From Eledone cirrhosa (Eukaryota): 64,000 bases of DNA. The stretch covers positions 355,074,001-355,138,000 of the forward strand of contig OZ024742.1 of NCBI GenBank assembly GCA_964016885.1. The letters run 5' to 3'. Shown piece by piece: positions 29,001 through 41,732 of this stretch. Below the pieces are notes generated by a model that was not told where the DNA came from, did not search any database, and saw only the letters and a program-made list of their open reading frames with translations. Each line of letters starts with the position of its first letter. The first letter of the stretch is position 1. Made by a program: the position numbers and the translations under genes.

Positions 29001-31819
29001 AAATTACATTACAGCAGTTTATTAAATAGCTGTGAAATGAATTATGATATCTGATATAGGCACAAGACCACAGATCTTTGGGCGGGAGATGTGCAAAATA
29101 TTGAACCCAGTGCGTTACTGGTGTTTTATTTCATCTATTCCGCAAGGATGAAATTCGGAGTTAAATTCGGTGGGGTTTTAACTCAGGGCATTCGAAGTTG
29201 TGGTGTGTATAGAATATATAAGAAGCTCAGATGCAAATAATATCTTTAAACCTAGTTGGTGGCTTCAAATTCTAGCTTCCAAACATGATCCAGCATAATC
29301 AGTCTTTGTATGAAAATTATAAGAAAACTCAAAGATAGGTGCTAAAATGAGAAACTCGAGTAGGTAATGAGGATACTTCAGAAAAATACCATAAGCAGAA
29401 AATATATTTTTGTATTCCCTGTGATGATTGATCCGAATTTTTAGGTGTCTCGTAAAATCAACAGAAATACATGTATAAAATCGTGGAAAATGTCGAGCCA
29501 ATATCGATGCATTTCCCCTCCTTTTCTTCTCCTTCATCGCTTTTATAGTTATTTCTTCTACTTTCCCATACAGCCACATCTGACCTTTGTTAGGCCTTCC
29601 TTATTTTTTCATTACTTATTTTTGGTTTTCAATATTTTTATCAAATTTATTTATCTTTTGTAAAAATCAATGTCTAAAAACATGAAAAAATGTATGATAA
29701 ACCGGCCCTTTATTTTGATGCATTGTGTTAATACTGATCATCTAACCATATTGGGCCACACAATATCAACCAGAAAAACGTTAACTTTTTTCTGGTAGTT
29801 TTCACTATGATATTCATAAATCGTCCTCATATATTAATGTATAAACATAGTGGTAGGTCTTTAACACGCTAACAACCTGTTTCCGTGCATCAAATAGAAT
29901 TTTTATATATTAGTGAAATACTTTTGTGTGCACTGTAATTCTCTATATAGGAGATAATAATGTTCCTATCATCTGAAGTTACGTGTAAATGATTGGTTGG
30001 GTGTACAAGGAAATAATCTGAAGACTTATAAATGCCCAAATAAACAAAATATTTTCTATCCAGTGCTCCAGGTTAAAATACAATTGTTCTCATTATTTGT
30101 TGATAACAAACTGTTTTACATTCGGTTAGATGATCCAAACCAAATTCCATTGTTTGTAGATAACTTTTGGCAAACAACGAGGAAGCCGAACGCATGCACC
30201 CATAGCGGATATCACTATTTCTTGAAATAACGTTGTTTGGCAAAGTGTGTAAGAGTGATATTCCTGTTGACAATTCTGTGAAGTGCATAACAGAAAAAAT
30301 CGAATAAATGTTTGAGATATAATCCCTCGGTAAAAAATCAGGAATTAGTGTTTGTGTGAAAAGTCCAAATTTTGCAAAAGTCAAATAAAAAAAACGATAG
30401 AGATAACGTAAAGAAAGGAATGGCGTATAGCTGACGTTCTCCAGCCCTCCCCAGAAATATAAAGAATTCCAGTACTGTACGTGTCCACTTAAAGAAAAAC
30501 AATAGTAACAATAGAGATCGAAGCACGTATCAAGAAAACGAAAACGAAGGAAAACATGAAAGATAAGAGATAAAAATCTCCCAATCCTTAATGACATTAA
30601 CAGGGAAACCACATAATCGATAGAAAAAGGAAAGAGAAATTATACTGAAATATAACAAGATGAAAACAAAGCACGCACTCAAAATGAAAGAAAGTGCAAA
30701 AAATGATCCTCACGTATTCGCAAAGAATCCATTGGGATGAAAAGCAACACTGATTCTTTGAACAAAATAAACAGTTCGACTCAAATACAAAGCGATTTAA
30801 TATAAAAGAAAAACAAAAAAATACTACATAAAAAAGAATATGAAAATAAATATGACTCCAACTGCAAGGGAAGTAAAAAGAGGGGACTAAACAGAGTAAA
30901 GGGATCACCACGGATTAAACGATACAAATAACACAGTAGATTAATAATCGTCTTAGATGGTTTAGGTATGAGAAGTAGCACAGTCACTGCTCTAAAGACA
31001 GAAACACCTGTATGGCAATGGAAGCTGATAAGATTGCAAATGTTTGGTTAACATGTGCAAGGGAGGCAGGCATTCAGCTATTATATATGTTTGATAAGAA
31101 AAGCATGTCACCGACGTCAACGACCTATTGGTTTCCTGAAAGAAAACAATATGAATTACAAACACTGAAGGAATAGCAAACGTTTCAAACTCTAGACCCC
31201 TAACATTTTTTTCCAAAAATGTCCAAATCCTTAAGTGCAATAGAATCACAGATATCAAATAAATGTCAAAGAAAGGATACAATGTTTTCAGAAAAATAGA
31301 ACAGTACATAACCCATGCAAGGAACTTTCAGTTCAATAGTATAAGGCTACATATATATACATATACATCCAGCTCTCGGTAAAATAACAAAAAGAATTAG
31401 CTATATAACATCCCCAAATAATATACTACAACTGGTATAACACGTTCCAAACATTTACGATACAATAATATGGAGCAAAATTTACCATTATGTATAGTAT
31501 AATATATAGCACATACCATTTACATTTCAAACAACTGAAGAAAACTACTACACTATTACGTAGCATAATCGAAACAGACAACACAGCACAAGAGACATAA
31601 AATAAACCAAAATAAAATTAGTAAAAAAAATAGTAGAATCTACAAAGGAAATTCGATATGAAATTGAAATTAATTCTTGCAAATAGCATTGCCTCAGCCA
31701 CTTAAAAAATAAGGAGGTATTTTACAATCGACAGAATTTCGGCAAATCGGACCGAAGAAACAATGCTTCCATCAGTCTTTTCAATTGCTAATACTATATA
31801 TCGGTCGCAACACCTGGTA

Positions 31820-31945
31820 GAAGGAGCTAAATGAAATAAAGTGTCTTGCTCAAGGAAATAACGCATCACCCGGCCCGGGAATCGAAGTCACAACACCACG
31901 ATTAAGAATCCAATTTTCTAACCACTCAGCTACGCGCCTTCACTT
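31820..31945 (-). mobile_element. tRNA-head SINE of a second family
   Basis: Minus strand: A box tagctgagtgg, B-box-like acttcgattccc, then ccttgagcaagacact. Confidence 0.7.
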
Positions 31946-32404
31946 AAGGAGGTATATTGTTTATAAATAGCGAGTGTATTGTTTATAAATGTAGAAGGTA
32001 ATTGTCTTTCACTACATGTTGTACTCTACTCGTAGATGTGGCTGCTGTGTAAATTGTAATGAAATGTTTACCACTTAATGAGATACCACAGTGACAATCT
32101 CTCATTAGCATTATTCGAGTTCAAATGTCTGTGCAAATTAGGAGGTGTTTAGAGGAGCGGGGGATTAGTAGAGTCGTTAGAGCGTCGGAACAAATACTTC
32201 GCAGTATTTGTTCTAACTCATTGCTTTATGATTTAAAATCCTGCTGGAGTTAACTCTGTCCTTCGTTATTCCAACATCGATAAAGTAAGGACCATAACGA
32301 AAAGAACAGATATAATCATCTCCCCACAAAATATTGGTTTTGTACCTAAATTAGAAACAGTTATTTAAGAGAGTAAAATATGTTTATTCTCACTGTAGCA
32401 TTTC

Positions 32405-32790
32405 AACGGGTGGGCAGTACATCCTGCAGTGTTACGACTGAAGCTTTATAATTTTGACAAATAGATAAATCCCTCATATCAGACGCTACATGCTCTGACA
32501 CGTCTCCGACAACAACTTAGCCGCATCGGCAAAAAAAGCCCGGCACAAAAAACATGACGAGAAGCAAATAACGGAGCTTTTTCGAACACTTCCTCTTCTC
32601 ACAGGTCACCGTCGAAACCACAGATATCCTTGGACTCCCGACAATTCACCTCCTCCATAAAATGGGCATGATAGCAGCCCGTCTGAGGAAGGAGACCCTC
32701 GAAGTAGGGTGGCTGTTGCAGCAGGTGTCATTGGCCATTGCCTGCGGAAATGCATTTGCATTTTTGTCGGTGAGGTGCAGATGAAACACA
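32405..32790 (+). pseudogene. CRE-clade (restriction-like endonuclease) non-LTR element, 3' fragment
   Basis: Motifs DATCSDT, FLF..V.VET..LG, GDPR and WLLQQVSLAIACGNA. Confidence 0.6.
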
Positions 32791-33761
32791 GCTCTGATTT
32801 AGGTACAGATTATATCATTCTCCCCGCTTCTCTATATATTGTTCGTTTGTCTGGTAGTACTTGCTCTTCCCTTTTCTTTCTGACAATTATGGATTTTAAA
32901 ATCCTTTTCAAGCTGATTTCTTTTTATAGATTTTTAACCAAATAAAGATTCACAAAATATTTCCTGACAATTAACTAGATGAAAGATTCTGGTTGAAACA
33001 GTACCACGCTCTATCTTCAAGTGTATAAGGACCAATGAATAGGGTGAGAATGCAGAGGGCAATATAATAAATGTTGAAGAAAAAGCAATGGGTTTGATGG
33101 AAAATTCGTGTGAAGCAACACAAGAAGAATATATCCAGACAGAAACAAGGAGTATGTGTTTGTCCTCCAGATGACAAGCAATTATATTGCCAAGAATCTT
33201 TGGTAAATAAAGATCTAATCATGCGTAAAAGATATTTAAGTAAAACCTACAGAGTAGTTCACCTCAGTGATAAATTTAGAAGCAATAAAATGAAGTAATG
33301 TGGCAACGCTTAGCTAATTATTTCCATATTATATTTATTATATGATATAGCTATCAAGATAGACAGAGAGGAATGCAACATGATATGAAAGTAATATAAG
33401 ATACTTTGCTACAAAACAAATTACGAACTATTATAGATGGAATATTGTTTAAACAACGAAGGAAATTTGTTACAAGATATAATGAAAAATATCTATGTAT
33501 TAATAGTGAAGACTTATGAAATAAACTTCAAGTCTTTAAATGAATAGGTGTCTCCCTCCCACCTCATCAAAATATAGATCCTATCACATTTCATTTGTGT
33601 ACATACTGATATTGTTTTAAAGTTTCACTAGATAAGAGATAATACTAAACTGTAAAATATAGTGTGTGTGAGAGAGAAATAGTGTATGAGTACATGTATA
33701 AACAGATATAAACATACATATAAATGTATATGTATGTTTACTCACACATACACACATGTAT

Positions 33762-33800
<39 letters not shown>

Positions 33801-33947
33801 AGTTTAATAGTTTCATGAGATTAGCCTCCACAAGTTGTCTTGAATCATTTATAGGCCGACGATGGAATTATATCAGTGTGTCATTTGCAACAACGCTCAC
33901 TATCAGACTGGTTTCATTTATCTCTATATAGAAGAATTTGCCTAGTG

Positions 33948-33989
<42 letters not shown>

Positions 33990-34339
33990 TGTGTATGTGT
34001 GTGTGTGTGAGTGAGTGTGTGTGTGTGTGTGTGTACATTTAATTATGTAATAAACAACATCAGACAGTTATTCCATTTGCCAAATATTTCACGGGGACGG
34101 ACGAGCTCAACAGAGACGTCTGAAATCTGACATTAGAATGAAGATTTAATATGGACTTAAGATATGAATTTAAAAACAAAGGCTAATACAATTGAAAGCG
34201 AGGCTGATATATATTGTAATGGAATAATTGTCTCATTTTGATTATTACATAATTAAATAGCTCTGTAGGATACCTACACATGTAGGGTAAAGGAAAGGAG
34301 AGTGCTCTAGGTATCCTACATATGCATATATATATATAG

Positions 34340-34411
<72 letters not shown>

Positions 34412-34418
34412 TAAAATA

Positions 34419-34494
34419 ACAGATTAAAGTTTAAGCAAAGAATCGCTGCTTTCACCCTTAACGTGATCTTCTGAAACTAACAAAGTCAATCTGT
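34419..34494 (-). ncRNA. Extended type I hammerhead with CAGAAGA core (left arm)
   Basis: Reverse complement of 38429-38504 with a few substitutions. Confidence 0.65.
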
Positions 34495-35404
34495 AAACGC
34501 AGAACTAGATATTTAAAAAAACGTTGCAACCGGAGGAAGACAGGAAGACGATACTTTGGTTCGTGGAAACGTTCGCTGGCAAAGAACGGGAAAAAACGAA
34601 TAATACGTCATTAATAGGAGCGGTGAAAAACAATTACGCGCAAAGACAGAACCACGTTTATGGTATAAAAGAGGTCGTAGACAAATGTTCTCTAGGTGGT
34701 GCATAGAGACGTTCTCTGGCAATAAACGAAAATCGAAGATAATACGTCATATGTGGAGCGTAGAGAACAATAGCACGCCAAGACAAAACCACTAAATGGT
34801 ATAGCAGAAGTCGTAGACTAAAATTCTAACTAGGAGACCAAATGAATCTCCGCTACAGAGTTAAGAACAAAATAAATAAATACAATACAGAAGTAATAGA
34901 AATAAATAAATACATAAACGTAAACAAATACGTACATACACAAGCATACGCAAAACCTTACCATAGGTATACAAAACCACGCACATATAAATATGTGTGT
35001 GTGTGTATGCGTGTATACAAATAAATAAATAATTATATAAACGTATAAGAATAAATAAATACGTATATAACAAGCGCACACACATACCTACATATAAATA
35101 CACGAATGTTCGGAGACGTAAGTCAACTAAAACAAGAAGTACACATATACACACACCCACCATACGTACGAACCTGCATACTCACACAGACGCAAAACTC
35201 CCGTATACACATAGCCAAACCCTATGTACCAGGAATATAAAATTATACGCCATAACACTCAAATATACGTACGAGAAGGTATACGTACCTTCACAAAACA
35301 TACGGGTAATATATACTTACCTATGCATATAAGTAAAGGAATAAACAAAACATATACTTAGCTCCAACATCGAGACGTAAATATCCACGTATAGATCGAT
35401 CTAT

Positions 35405-36118
35405 CCGTTAGGGTATAACGTGGGGCTGTAATACAGGAAAGTGTTGTGCAATTTATGTTTACAAGCCGAAATTGCCTCAGATTTTTTGTTTAAGATGTGG
35501 TCTGTGGCGTAGAGTATTTCCAGGGCCTCAGCGGCGCAGAGGTCACATGGTCTTTTATTTCCCTTATACGATCTAGCCCTAGCTAGGATCTTCCCAGTGT
35601 AACTTATATTGGGTGTGGTTGTCTTTTAGACTCCAGATATAAGCTGAAAGTGACGTCATATTCCTTTTTAGAGGGTAACGAAAAGAATGGGTATGCATGT
35701 AAAGACGCTGTTTGACACTATTGGCGGTTAACACTATGTAGGCCCTATGGGACGTGGGTGTTACAACCTTACATTTGTAGACAATGTTACTAGAGAGGCA
35801 TTTCCCGGATAGGGGGAAATCAGCCCGATTCCTACGATTACAGTTAGTACTAACTACAGAGTTGCACGTGTTCCTACGGCTAGGTAGTTTAGCTAAATTT
35901 GAAGCTGTGATGTTATGTGCAAGGTTAGGAGTCGTAGAGTAAGAAATTTTAATAGTATTTCTATTAACAATTTTACTATATTTATGTGTAGGGGGAAAAT
36001 GCTTCGTAATAAGGGAAAGAAAGATCTTAGCTAATGGTGTGGCCACCTCCATATTATATGATGGGTTATACCAACAAATGCGACGGGATCTATTTCTTCT
36101 AGGTCTATTTTCGTACTC
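35405..36118 (-). pseudogene. Inverted GIY-YIG fragment of family-2 PLE
   Basis: ORF 35579-36052 (-) duplicates 36868-37518, with a frameshift. Confidence 0.9.
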
Positions 36119-36134
36119 GTAACAAGGAACATTG

Positions 36135-37518
36135 CCGTTTTATCCAATTCGACATAAATAATTACTACTACTCCATCACTTTACCACTTCTCCTTAGAGC
36201 TATCAATTTCGCTAAAACACTCACAGTGGTTAAAGATTTCGAAGTTGATATCATCCTCAATGCCCGAAAGTCGGTGACTAATTTCGACGACTCTATTTGG
36301 ATTAACAAATCCAATAGTACCCCGTTCGTCGTGAGTATGGACGCCAGTGACTCTGCGGAGGTTACTGATCTTATTTGCATTTTCTCTATCCAGGACGAAT
36401 TCCCCAACGCGGGCGGTGATTTGTACCGTGACGATGGTCTTTTGATCATGACTAAGTGCGGACCTCGTGCTTGCGACAGGTTCAGAAAAGAACTCACAGC
36501 CTTCTTTAAAGACTTCAACCTCTCTATACAGGCTGAGGCCAATCTCTCGGTCGTTAATTACCTCGACGTTACCCTCAATTTATTGAATGGGTTGTATTAC
36601 TCGTATAGAAAGGCGAATGATACGCTTAATTACATAAGTAAGCATTCCAACCATCCTGTCAGCATATCATAGAACCTGGTAAGAAACGTTTCGTTGAGGC
36701 TTTCCCGTCTTTCCACCAACGAGCGTATATTCAACGACCATTCCACTTATTACAATGAAGATCTTGCTTGAAGTGGATTTGTCGATGAGGTAGCATATAC
36801 AGAGTACGAAAATAGACCTAGAAGAAATAGATCCCGTCGCATTTGTTGGTATAACCCACCATATAATATGGAGGTGGCCTTACCATTAGCTAAGATCTTT
36901 CTTTCCCTTATTACGAAGCATTTTCCCCCTACACATAAATATAGTAAAATTTTTAATAGAAATACTATTAAAATGTCTTACTCTACGACTCCTAACCTTG
37001 CACATAACATCACAGCTTCAAATTTAGCTAAACTACCTAGCCGTTGGAACACGTGCAACCGTGTTGTTAGTACTAACTGTAATTGTAGGAATCGGGCTGA
37101 TTGCCTCCTATCCAGTAAATGCCTCTCTAGTAACATTGTCTACAAATGTAAGGTTGTAACACCCACGTCCCATAGGGCCTACATAGGGTTAACCGCCAAT
37201 AGTTTCAAGCAGCGTCTTTACATGCATACCCATTATTTTCGTTACCCTCTAAGAAGGAATATGACGTCACTTTCAGCTTATATCTGGAATCTCAAAGACA
37301 ACCACACCCAATATAAGTTACACTGGGAGATCCTAGCTAGGGCTAGATCGTATAACGGAAATAAAAGACCATGTGACCTCTGCGCCGCTGAGGCCCTGGA
37401 AATACTCTACGCCACAGACCACATCTTAAACAAAAAATCTGAGGCAATTTCGGCTTGTAAACATAAATTGCACAAAACCTTCCTGTATTACAGCCCCACG
37501 TTATACCCTAACGGATAG
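36135..37518 (+). pseudogene. PLE RT/GIY-YIG, 5'-truncated, with premature stops
   Basis: RFIQFDI..YYSIT, LYRDDGL, NYLDVTLNL, CNCRNRADC, IVYKC..AYIGLT and CDLCAAE; stop at 36670. Confidence 0.9.
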
Positions 37519-38428
37519 TACGATCTATACGTGGATAATTTACGTCTTGATGTGGGAGCTAAGTATATGTTTTGTTTATTCCTTTACTTATTTGCATAGG
37601 TAAGTATATATTACCCGTATGTTTTGTGAAGGTACGTATACCTTCCCGTACGTATATTTGATTGTTATGGCGTATAATTTTATATTCCTGGTACATAGGG
37701 TTTGGCTATGTGTATACGGGAGTTTTGCGTCTGTGTGAGTATGCAGGTTCGTACGTATGGTGGGTGTGTGTATATGTGTACTTCTTGTTTTAGTTGACTT
37801 ACGTCTCCGTACATTCGTCTATTTATATGTAGGTATGTGTGTCCGCTTGTTATATACGTATTTATTTATTCTTATACGTTTATATAATTATTTATTTATT
37901 TGTATACACGCATACACACACACTCATATTTATATGTGCGTGGTTTTGTATACCTATGGTAAGGTTTTGCGTGTGCTTGTGTATGTACGCATTTGTTTGC
38001 GTGTATGTATTTATTTATTTCTATTACTTCTGAATTGTGTTTATTTACTTTGTTCTTAACTCTGTAGCGGAGATTCATTTGATCTCCTAGTTAGCATTTT
38101 TGTCTACGACTTCTGCTATACCATTTACGTGGTTTTGTCTTGGCGTGCTATTATTCTCCACGCTCCACATATGACGTATTATCTTCGTTTTTTCGTTCAT
38201 TGCCAGAGAACGTCTCTATGCACCACCTAAGAGAACATTAGTCTACGACATCTTTTATACCATTAACGTGGTTCTGTATTTGCGCGTAATTGTTTTTCAC
38301 CGCTCCTGTTAATGACGTATTATTCGTTTTTTCCCGTTCTTTGCCAGCGAACGTTTCCACGAACCAAAGTATCGTCTTCCTGTCTTCCTCCGGTTGCAAC
38401 GTTTTTTGAAATATCCAGTTCTGCCTTT

Positions 38429-38504
38429 ACAGATTGATTCTGTTAGTTTCAGAAGATCCCGTTAAGGGTGAAAGCAGCGATTCTTTGCTTAAACTTTAAT
38501 CTGT
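38429..38504 (+). ncRNA. Extended type I hammerhead with CAGAAGA core (right arm)
   Basis: acagattga-[7-nt bulge]-agttt-CAGAAGA-t ccc gttaa ggg t-GAAA-gca..tgc-TT-aaact-ttaatctgt. Confidence 0.7.
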
Positions 38505-38602
38505 TATTTTAATAAATATTTGCTCTACGGTTCTTATATATTTGATATATATTTATCCTTATCGAGCCCTCTTTGGATTTTAGTCTTCAGATTGATTATT
38601 AT

Positions 38603-38658
<56 letters not shown>

Positions 38659-38714
38659 GTAAGTATGTATGTATACGTACATACATATATGTATACAGAC
38701 GTACAGTAGCATGC

Positions 38715-38745
<31 letters not shown>

Positions 38746-38922
38746 CATACATACACACATGCATACAGGTACACATACATATATGCACGCATCAGTTTAG
38801 CCTACGTTTATTATAACGCCAGCCGCTTTGTTCGTTTGTTTGTCAACAAAGCGAACAGCCTGAATTTATGCCATACGGTGTTAAGGCAACCACGTCACCT
38901 TGTTGTTCAACACTGACACAGG

Positions 38923-38967
38923 AACGATGTACTAGTTTCAAGCTTGTTAGCTATCATCAGCACCGTT
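38923..38967 (-). ncRNA. Minimal type I hammerhead (retrozyme family)
   Basis: aacggtg-CTGATGA-tagctaacaagctt-GAAA-ctag-TA-catcgtt. Confidence 0.9.
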
Positions 38968-39215
38968 TACCCATCTGCCAGATAGTTGAACGTTCGAAAG
39001 TATATACTTTCCTTATGAAAATTAACGGCTGAGCAGCCTAAAAAAAAAAAAAAAAAAAAATGGTGACGTGGTTGCCTTAACACCGTATGGCATAAATTCA
39101 GGCTGTTCGCTATGTTGACAAACAAACGAACAAAGCGGCCGGCGTTATAATAAACGTAGGCTAAACTGATGCGTGCATATATGTATGTGTACCTGTATGC
39201 ATGTGTGTATGTATG

Positions 39216-39309
<94 letters not shown>

Positions 39310-39464
39310 TGCTACTGTACGTCTGTATACATATATGTATGTACGTATACATACATACTTACATTTAAGTAAGTGCCATACTAAGAGTGAGAAATGAAAT
39401 TTCGTTTTCATTTTTTTTTCAACTTATCGTTTTCGGTATGCCTGACCGATTTAACTCACTCTAT

Positions 39465-39520
39465 ATGCAAATTAGGCTGCTCAGCCGTTAATTTTCATAA
39501 GGAAAGTATATACTTTCGAA
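39465..39520 (+). promoter_or_regulatory. Octamer + PSE-like + TATA palindrome module upstream of the retrozyme HHR
   Basis: ATGCAAAT 39465-39472, then tcagccgttaatt, then gaaagtatatactttc. The octamer is exact in 5 copies. Confidence 0.4.
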
Positions 39521-39545
39521 CGTTCAACTATCTGGCAGATGGGTA

Positions 39546-39590
39546 AACGGTGCTGATGATAGTTAACAAGCTTGAAACTAGTACATCGTT
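39546..39590 (+). ncRNA. Minimal type I hammerhead (retrozyme family)
   Basis: aacggtg-CTGATGA(39553)-tagttaacaagctt-GAAA-ctag-TA-catcgtt. Predicted cut after 39583. Confidence 0.9.
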
Positions 39591-39767
39591 CCTGTGTCAG
39601 TGTTGAACAAAAAGGTGACGTGGTTGCCTTAACACCGTATGGCATAAATTCAGGCTGTTCGCTTTGTTCACAAACAAACGAACAAAGCGGCCGGCGTTAT
39701 AATAAACGTAGGCTAAACTGATGCGTGCATATATGTATGTGTACCTGTATGCATGTGTGTATGTATG

Positions 39768-39837
<70 letters not shown>

Positions 39838-39950
39838 TGCTACTGTACGTCTGTATACATATATGTATGTACGTATACATACATACTTACATTTAAGTAA
39901 GTGCCATACTAAGAGTGAGAAATGAAATTTCGTTTTCATTTTTTTTTCAA

Positions 39951-40008
<58 letters not shown>

Positions 40009-40056
40009 TATGTGTGTATACGTACATACATATATGTATACAGACGTACAGTAGCA

Positions 40057-40116
<60 letters not shown>

Positions 40117-40273
40117 TACATACAGGTACACATACATATATGCACGTATCAGTTTAGCGGACGCTTATTATAACGCCGCTTTGTTCATTTGTAAACAAAC
40201 TGAACAGCCTGAATTTTATGCCGTATGGTGTTAAGGCAACCACGTCACCTTTTTGTTCAACACTGACACAGGA

Positions 40274-40316
40274 ACGATGTACTAATTTCAAGCTTGTTAG
40301 CTATCGTCAGCACCGT
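40274..40316 (-). ncRNA. Minimal type I hammerhead (retrozyme family)
   Basis: acggtg-CTGACGA-tagctaacaagctt-GAAA-ttag-TA-catcgt. Confidence 0.85.
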
Positions 40317-40597
40317 ATACCCTTCTGCCAGATGATTGAACGTTCAAAAGTACATACTTTCCTAATGAAAATTAACGGCTGAGCATATTTATGTACGTAT
40401 ACACACATACTTACATTTAAGTAAGTGCCGTGCTAAGAGTGAGAAATGAAATTTCGTTTTCATTTTATTTCAACTTATCGTTTTCGGTATGCCTGACCGA
40501 CTTAACTCACTCGATATGCAAATTAAGCTGCTCAGCCGTTAATTTTCATTAGGAAAGTATATACTTTCGAACGTTCAATTATCTGGCAGAAGGGTAT

Positions 40598-40640
40598 ATG
40601 GTGCTGATGATAGCTAACAAGCTTGAAACTAGTACATAGT
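40598..40640 (+). ncRNA. Minimal type I hammerhead (retrozyme family)
   Basis: atggtg-CTGATGA(40604)-tagctaacaagctt-GAAA-ctag-TA-catagt. Confidence 0.8.
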
Positions 40641-40796
40641 TCCTGTGTCAGTGTTGAACAAAAAGGTGACGTGGTTGCCTTAACACCATACGGCATAACA
40701 TTCAGGCTGTTCAGTTTGTTTACAAATGAACAAAGCGGCGTTATAATAAATGTCCGCATATATACCTGTATATATGTATGTGTACCTGTATGTATA

Positions 40797-40850
<54 letters not shown>

Positions 40851-40964
40851 TGCTATTGTACGTCTGTATACATATATGTATGTACGTATACACACATACT
40901 TACATTTAAGTAAGTGCCGTACTAAGAGTGAGAAATGAAATTTCGTTTTCATTTTATTTCAGCT

Positions 40965-40997
<33 letters not shown>

Positions 40998-41679
40998 AAG
41001 TATGTATGTATACGTACATACATATATGTATACAGACGTACAGTAGCATGTATATATATACATACAGGCACACATATATATATGCACGTATCAGTTTACC
41101 GAACATTTATTATAATGCTCGGTTTGTTGGTTTGTAAACAAACAAACAGCCTGAATTACAAACGAACAAACCGAGCATTATTATAATTGTTCGGTAAACT
41201 GATACGTGCATATATATATGTGTGCCTGTATGTATATATATACATGCTACTGTACGTCTGTATACATATATGTATTTACGTATACATACATACTTACATT
41301 TAAGTAAGTGCCGTACTAAGAGTGAGAAATGAAATTTCGTTTCATTCTATTCCATTTATATATATAAACACATATATATATACATATATATATAGTGACG
41401 TCATCATTATTCTACAAGTAGTCAGAAAAATGATGACGTTACTAACCAGTGACCAACCCAAGGACGCGCAAAGCGAATAAAGGTGGACGATATAGGCTTG
41501 TAGGGGCAGAAAACTACAGAAAGAGGTTTTGATCCGAAATCAATAGATCTGTCCGAGGATCCTGCGTGTCTAGAGTCAGGTATATCCACACACGGATCGC
41601 ACCTCGAGTTGTTCACCGGGGAAAGAATTGTAATACACAATAAATTGAGTTCCGATGCATCACTGATTTTTCAATTTCC

Positions 41680-41730
<51 letters not shown>

Positions 41731-41732
<2 letters not shown>

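Larger units (their letters stand above)
34404..38607. mobile_element. Fold-back, 5'-truncated Hydra-type PLE (family 2)
   Basis: ~1.7-kb inverted arms 34404-36118 and 36802-38519; the spacer encodes RT; ~90-bp tail on the right arm; (TA)n on both sides. Confidence 0.92.
38655..41360. mobile_element. Cluster of six retrozyme-family arms forming three head-to-head pairs
   Basis: Pairs 38655-39040/39061-39953, 40006-40385/40386-40965 and 40998-41157/41157-41360, separated by (TA)n. Tandem periods 552 and 489 bp. Confidence 0.88.

Noticed and set aside
32670-32720. CTGAGGA-agg agac cct-c-GAAG hammerhead-like string
   Set aside because: It lies within CRE-type coding remnant and has no valid stem III or NUH triplet.
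38655-41360. CRISPR-like array or classical MITE interpretation of the repeats
   Set aside because: Eukaryotic context with no repeat-spacer pattern. The inverted arms have variable internal breakpoints rather than fixed terminal inverted repeats.
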